DNA from: Candidatus Krumholzibacteriota bacterium
Lineage (GTDB): Bacteria > Krumholzibacteriota > Krumholzibacteriia > LZORAL124-64-63
Assembly: GCA_039714075.1 (NCBI GenBank)
Contig: JBDLKA010000079.1
Span: 1-17,425 of the forward strand
Reading direction: 5' to 3'
Length of the DNA stretch: 17,425 nucleotides
Below the pieces are notes generated by a model. That model searched no databases. It was not told the origin of the DNA and was given only the letters and a program-made list of their open reading frames with translations. This document shows positions 15,723-17,425 of the stretch, piece after piece. Positions within the stretch are counted from its first letter, which is position 1. Each line of letters opens with the position of its first letter. The translations under genes were made by a program, and so were the position numbers.

Positions 15723-16493
15723 ATGCGCCGATACCTGGTCGCAGGAAACTGGAAACTGAACATGGGCCCGGCCGCGGGTCGCGAACTGGCCCAGGGCGTG
15801 GCCGACCTGCTCAAAGGCCGCGAACTCAAGGGCGACGTACTGGTCTGTCCGCCCTACGTGAGCATCCCAGCGGTGGCAGAGGTGGCCAAGGGCGACCCGG
15901 TCCTGCTGGGCGCCCAGAACTGCGCCGACCAAAGCGGGGGCGCCTACACCGGCGAGGTGTCGGCCGAGATGCTGGCCGAAGCCGGCTGCCAGTACGTGAT
16001 CGTCGCCCACAGCGAGCGCCGCGAGTACCAGAAGGAAACCGACGACCAGTTCACGGCCAAGATCGACCTGATCCACAAGGCAGGTTTGAAGGCCATTTTC
16101 TGTTTCGGTGAGGTGCTCGACGAGCGCAAGGCCGGCCGCGCCCAGGAAGTGGTCAAAGCCCAGCTTGAGGGCGTTCTTCCGAAACTTGAATTCGTCAACG
16201 CCTACAACACCGTGCTGGCCTACGAGCCGGTGTGGGCCATCGGTACCGGTGAGACCGCCACGCCGGAGATCGCCCAGGAAATGCACGCCTTCAGTCGCGG
16301 CGTGGTCGCCGACCTGTTGGGCAAGGAAGTCGCCGACTACATGCGCATTCTCTACGGCGGTAGCTGCAAGCCGGGCAACGCACTTGAACTGATCGGCCTG
16401 CCCGACGTGGACGGCGGCCTGATCGGCGGCGCATCGCTGAAACCGGCCGATTTCGTGGGTATCATCGACGGCGCCGAGGCCGCCCAAAGTTAA
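15723..16493 (+). CDS. tpiA: Triosephosphate isomerase
   Basis: AGNWK, GAYTGEVS, HSERR, AYEPVWAIGTG, YGGS and GGASL motifs. GAGGAG SD at 15711-15716 favours ATG at 15723. Confidence 0.97.
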   Translation: MRRYLVAGNWKLNMGPAAGRELAQGVADLLKGRELKGDVLVCPPYVSIPAVAEVAKGDPVLLGAQNCADQSGGAYTGEVSAEMLAEAGCQYVIVAHSERREYQKETDDQFTAKIDLIHKAGLKAIFCFGEVLDERKAGRAQEVVKAQLEGVLPKLEFVNAYNTVLAYEPVWAIGTGETATPEIAQEMHAFSRGVVADLLGKEVADYMRILYGGSCKPGNALELIGLPDVDGGLIGGASLKPADFVGIIDGAEAAQS

Positions 16494-16535
16494 GTCTGTT
16501 CGGGGTCACCTTCTCTCTTTCGGAGGATCCGTAAC

Positions 16536-17425
16536 GTGAAAATCATCAAATCTTTCAGTGTGTTCTTGGCCGTGGGCCTGATCATGAGCGGCGCGGCCGC
16601 CCTGGGCGCGGATGCGGAGTACTCCGATCCCAACCTGGAGCCGGTCTTCCACCCGTTGCCGGACAACATCGAGATCCTGCGCCTGGAAAACGGCCTGGAA
16701 GTGATCCTGATGCGCAACCCCGCGCAGCCCATGGTGGGTATCTACACCCAGGTCAAGGTGGGTTCGGCGCGCGAGGACTACCGCACCAGCGGCATGAGCC
16801 ACATGCTCGAGCACCTTCTGTTCAACGGCAGCGAGAAGTACACGCAGGAACAGCAGTACGACATGGCCGACCGCGCGGGCGCCTACAACAACGCCAACAC
16901 GACGGATTTTTTCACCAACTACATGATGGTGATCCCCGCCGCCGAGATGGAAACGGGCATGGACATCCAGTCGCAGATGCTCTTTCACTCCATCCTGCCC
17001 GACGAGAAGTTCGAGAAGGAACGGGGCATCGTCATCGGCGAGATCGTCCAGGGTCGTGACTGGCCCGGCCACTACGCCGAGACCGCGCTGCGCGAGGCCC
17101 TGTTCGCGGGATCGAGCCTGGAACTGCCCACCCTGGGCACCAAATCGACCATCGAACACATGGTTCGCGACGACGTGTACGATTTCTACAAGTACTGGTA
17201 CGTGCCCAACAACATGGTCCTGACTTTGGCGGGGAATTTCGACCGCGACCAGGCGCTGGAACTTCTGGAGACCTATTACGGGGCTCCCGCGCCCGGGACC
17301 GTCGATTTCGGCGGCCTGGAATCCGCCGCCCTGATCGACCGCACGACTTCGGTTTCCCGTCGCGGGGGAGATGAGCGCATCCTCGCCCTTTCCTTCGAGG
17401 CCCCGGCCTACGGGATGAACGAATT
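16536..17425 (+). CDS. Secreted M16-family (insulinase/pitrilysin-like) zinc peptidase, 3' truncated
   Basis: Manual translation from GTG at 16536 (GGAGG upstream): signal peptide MKIIKSFSVFLAVGLIMSGAAALG, then LENGLEVIL...VKVGSARED...GMSHMLEHLLFNGS (HxxEH), NANT, EKERGIVIGE and WYVPNNMVL. Open to the end of the window. Confidence 0.92.
   Translation, partial: MKIIKSFSVFLAVGLIMSGAAALGADAEYSDPNLEPVFHPLPDNIEILRLENGLEVILMRNPAQPMVGIYTQVKVGSAREDYRTSGMSHMLEHLLFNGSEKYTQEQQYDMADRAGAYNNANTTDFFTNYMMVIPAAEMETGMDIQSQMLFHSILPDEKFEKERGIVIGEIVQGRDWPGHYAETALREALFAGSSLELPTLGTKSTIEHMVRDDVYDFYKYWYVPNNMVLTLAGNFDRDQALELLETYYGAPAPGTVDFGGLESAALIDRTTSVSRRGGDERILALSFEAPAYGMNE

Noticed and set aside
15690..17159. Antisense ORFs of 265 and 217 aa
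   Set aside because: They mirror tpiA and the M16 peptidase and have no independent coding signal.
1..17425. CRISPR arrays, tRNA/rRNA genes, IS elements, integrases, long repeats
   Set aside because: None seen; the window is almost entirely coding with short intergenic gaps.

Overview
Gene-dense bacterial window of about 15 CDS. The protein types (T9SS-type C-terminal domain, PorV-family barrel, GGSCK-type TpiA) suggest an FCB-superphylum lineage; this is an inference. Order: (1) a divergent, truncated Ub-Mut7C/Mut7-C RNase-family gene, absent from the ORF track; (2) six genes with overlapping stop/start codons encoding a T9SS-CTD secreted protein, a lipoprotein, a TonB-dependent receptor, a PorV/PorQ-family barrel, an NHL-repeat lipoprotein and a CPBP intramembrane protease, preceded by a sigma70-like promoter and a structured ~150-nt leader; (3) a second unit with ADP-ribosylglycohydrolase, deoxynucleoside kinase, adenosine deaminase and purine nucleoside phosphorylase; (4) an unknown probable outer-membrane protein convergent with a small Zn-ribbon gene; (5) tpiA and a truncated secreted M16 peptidase, also absent from the ORF track. 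I saw no RNA genes, CRISPR arrays or mobile elements. The best candidate for an undescribed system is the SusD-less CTD/TBDT/PorV/lipoprotein/CPBP surface module, which may be linked to the adjacent nucleoside-salvage genes.
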